Source: Sulfurimonadaceae bacterium (GTDB taxonomy: Bacteria; Campylobacterota; Campylobacteria; Campylobacterales; Sulfurimonadaceae). From it: a stretch of 16,651 nt of DNA. Both the position numbers and the translations under genes were made by a program. Positions 16,061-16,651 of the stretch are shown here, piece by piece. The stretch's first letter is position 1. Each line of letters begins with the position of its first letter. The notes beneath the pieces were generated by a model, which was not told the origin of the DNA, did not search any database, and saw nothing but the letters and a program-made list of their open reading frames with translations. The DNA is taken from the NCBI GenBank assembly GCA_041548245.1, contig JBFESZ010000041.1:1-16651 (forward strand), read 5' to 3'.

Positions 16061-16190
16061 TATCATTTAAGCCTATTCAATCAGTTTAAATGATAAATAT
16101 ATCATTAATAACTTATATGTTGAGTGATAAATATGTGATAAAGCCCATTAATAGGTATTATAATTTTAAACTTAAATATTAAAATTATAA
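16061..16190. promoter_or_regulatory. Cluster of inverted and direct repeats (putative operators) between the divergent promoters
   Basis: TATCATTTAA(16061-16070)/TTAAATGATA(16086-16095); AATGATA-N4-TATCATT (16089-16106); GTGATAAA at 16124 and 16135; TTATAATTTTAA-N9-TTAAAATTATAA (16158-16190). Confidence 0.45.
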
Positions 16191-16204
16191 AAATACATTG
16201 GAAT

Positions 16205-16228
16205 TTTTTAAGAAAAGTGTGTTAGAAT
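16205..16228 (+). promoter_or_regulatory. Extended -10 promoter of the porin gene
   Basis: TTTTTAAG (16205-16212) followed by TGtTAGAAT (16220-16228). Confidence 0.55.
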
Positions 16229-16277
16229 TGGTCTGGCAAAATAAAAAAGATAGTCAAGCTTTATTTAAGGAGAATGA

Positions 16278-16651
16278 ATGAAACTGGCAAAAATGAGTAT
16301 GGTTGCAGCACTTTTATTGGGTGCAAATGCATATGCGATTGATAATGTAAAAGTAAACGGTGATGCGAAACTTTATTATAGTACGACAGATTTAGATGCG
16401 ACAGGTGCACCTGATATGTTTGATTCAGGAGCAAGCGCTGGTGATGCTGCTTTACATCTAGGTCTTACGGCAGATCTTACGGAAGGTGTGTCTGCTGGAA
16501 TCAGCATGACAGCAGTTTCTACTCTTGGCCTAGAAAATAATCTGGTTAACAACACATGGTCCAGTGCTCATACACCAACAGCAAATACAAATGCCGGTGC
16601 TATTGCTGTAGGTAATGGTAAATTTCAAGTTAATGATGTAATGTGGGTAGA
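16278..16651 (+). CDS. Outer-membrane porin, major outer membrane protein-like (5' part; runs off the window)
   Basis: AAGGAG RBS at 16267-16272; the frame is open to the window end. Translation: MKLAKMSMVAALLLGANAYA-IDNVKVNGDAKLYY...LHLGLTADLTEGVSAGISMTAVSTLGLENNLV..., i.e. a signal peptide with an AYA cleavage site and amphipathic beta-strands. Confidence 0.85.
   Translation, partial: MKLAKMSMVAALLLGANAYAIDNVKVNGDAKLYYSTTDLDATGAPDMFDSGASAGDAALHLGLTADLTEGVSAGISMTAVSTLGLENNLVNNTWSSAHTPTANTNAGAIAVGNGKFQVNDVMWV

Noticed and set aside
16004..16066. N-terminal extension of the lipoprotein ORF given in the track
   Set aside because: ATG 16003 has an RBS, yields a canonical lipoprotein signal peptide and lies downstream of the apparent promoter.
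16089..16106. Calling the palindrome a canonical Fur or FNR box
   Set aside because: Its spacing matches neither TGATAAT-N-ATTATCA nor TTGAT-N4-ATCAA, so it is kept only as an unassigned operator candidate.

Overview
Mostly conserved housekeeping DNA from a flagellated Campylobacterota (epsilonproteobacterial) chromosome, probably Sulfurimonas-like; the taxonomy is inferred from protein signatures and gene order. Layout: a DUF3373-like outer-membrane beta-barrel gene (-); rpsB-tsf with a structured S2 (t44-like) leader; an orphan ABC ATPase and fliR; a secreted NucT/PLD-fold protein lacking its catalytic residues (-); a ChePep-like receiver-plus-acidic protein, gmk, tatA and argS; rsfS-nadD (-) divergent from gap-pgk-tpiA-fabI; an unknown lipoprotein (-); and the 5' part of a porin-like gene that the ORF track misses. 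I see no mobile elements, CRISPR arrays, rRNA or tRNA genes, and no clearly new multi-gene system. The best leads are the probable pseudo-nuclease paired head-to-head with chePep, the rpsB leader pseudoknot, an NADP-type GAPDH signature and the repeat-dense region upstream of the porin. Comparisons with reference proteins and gene orders are from memory, not from searches.
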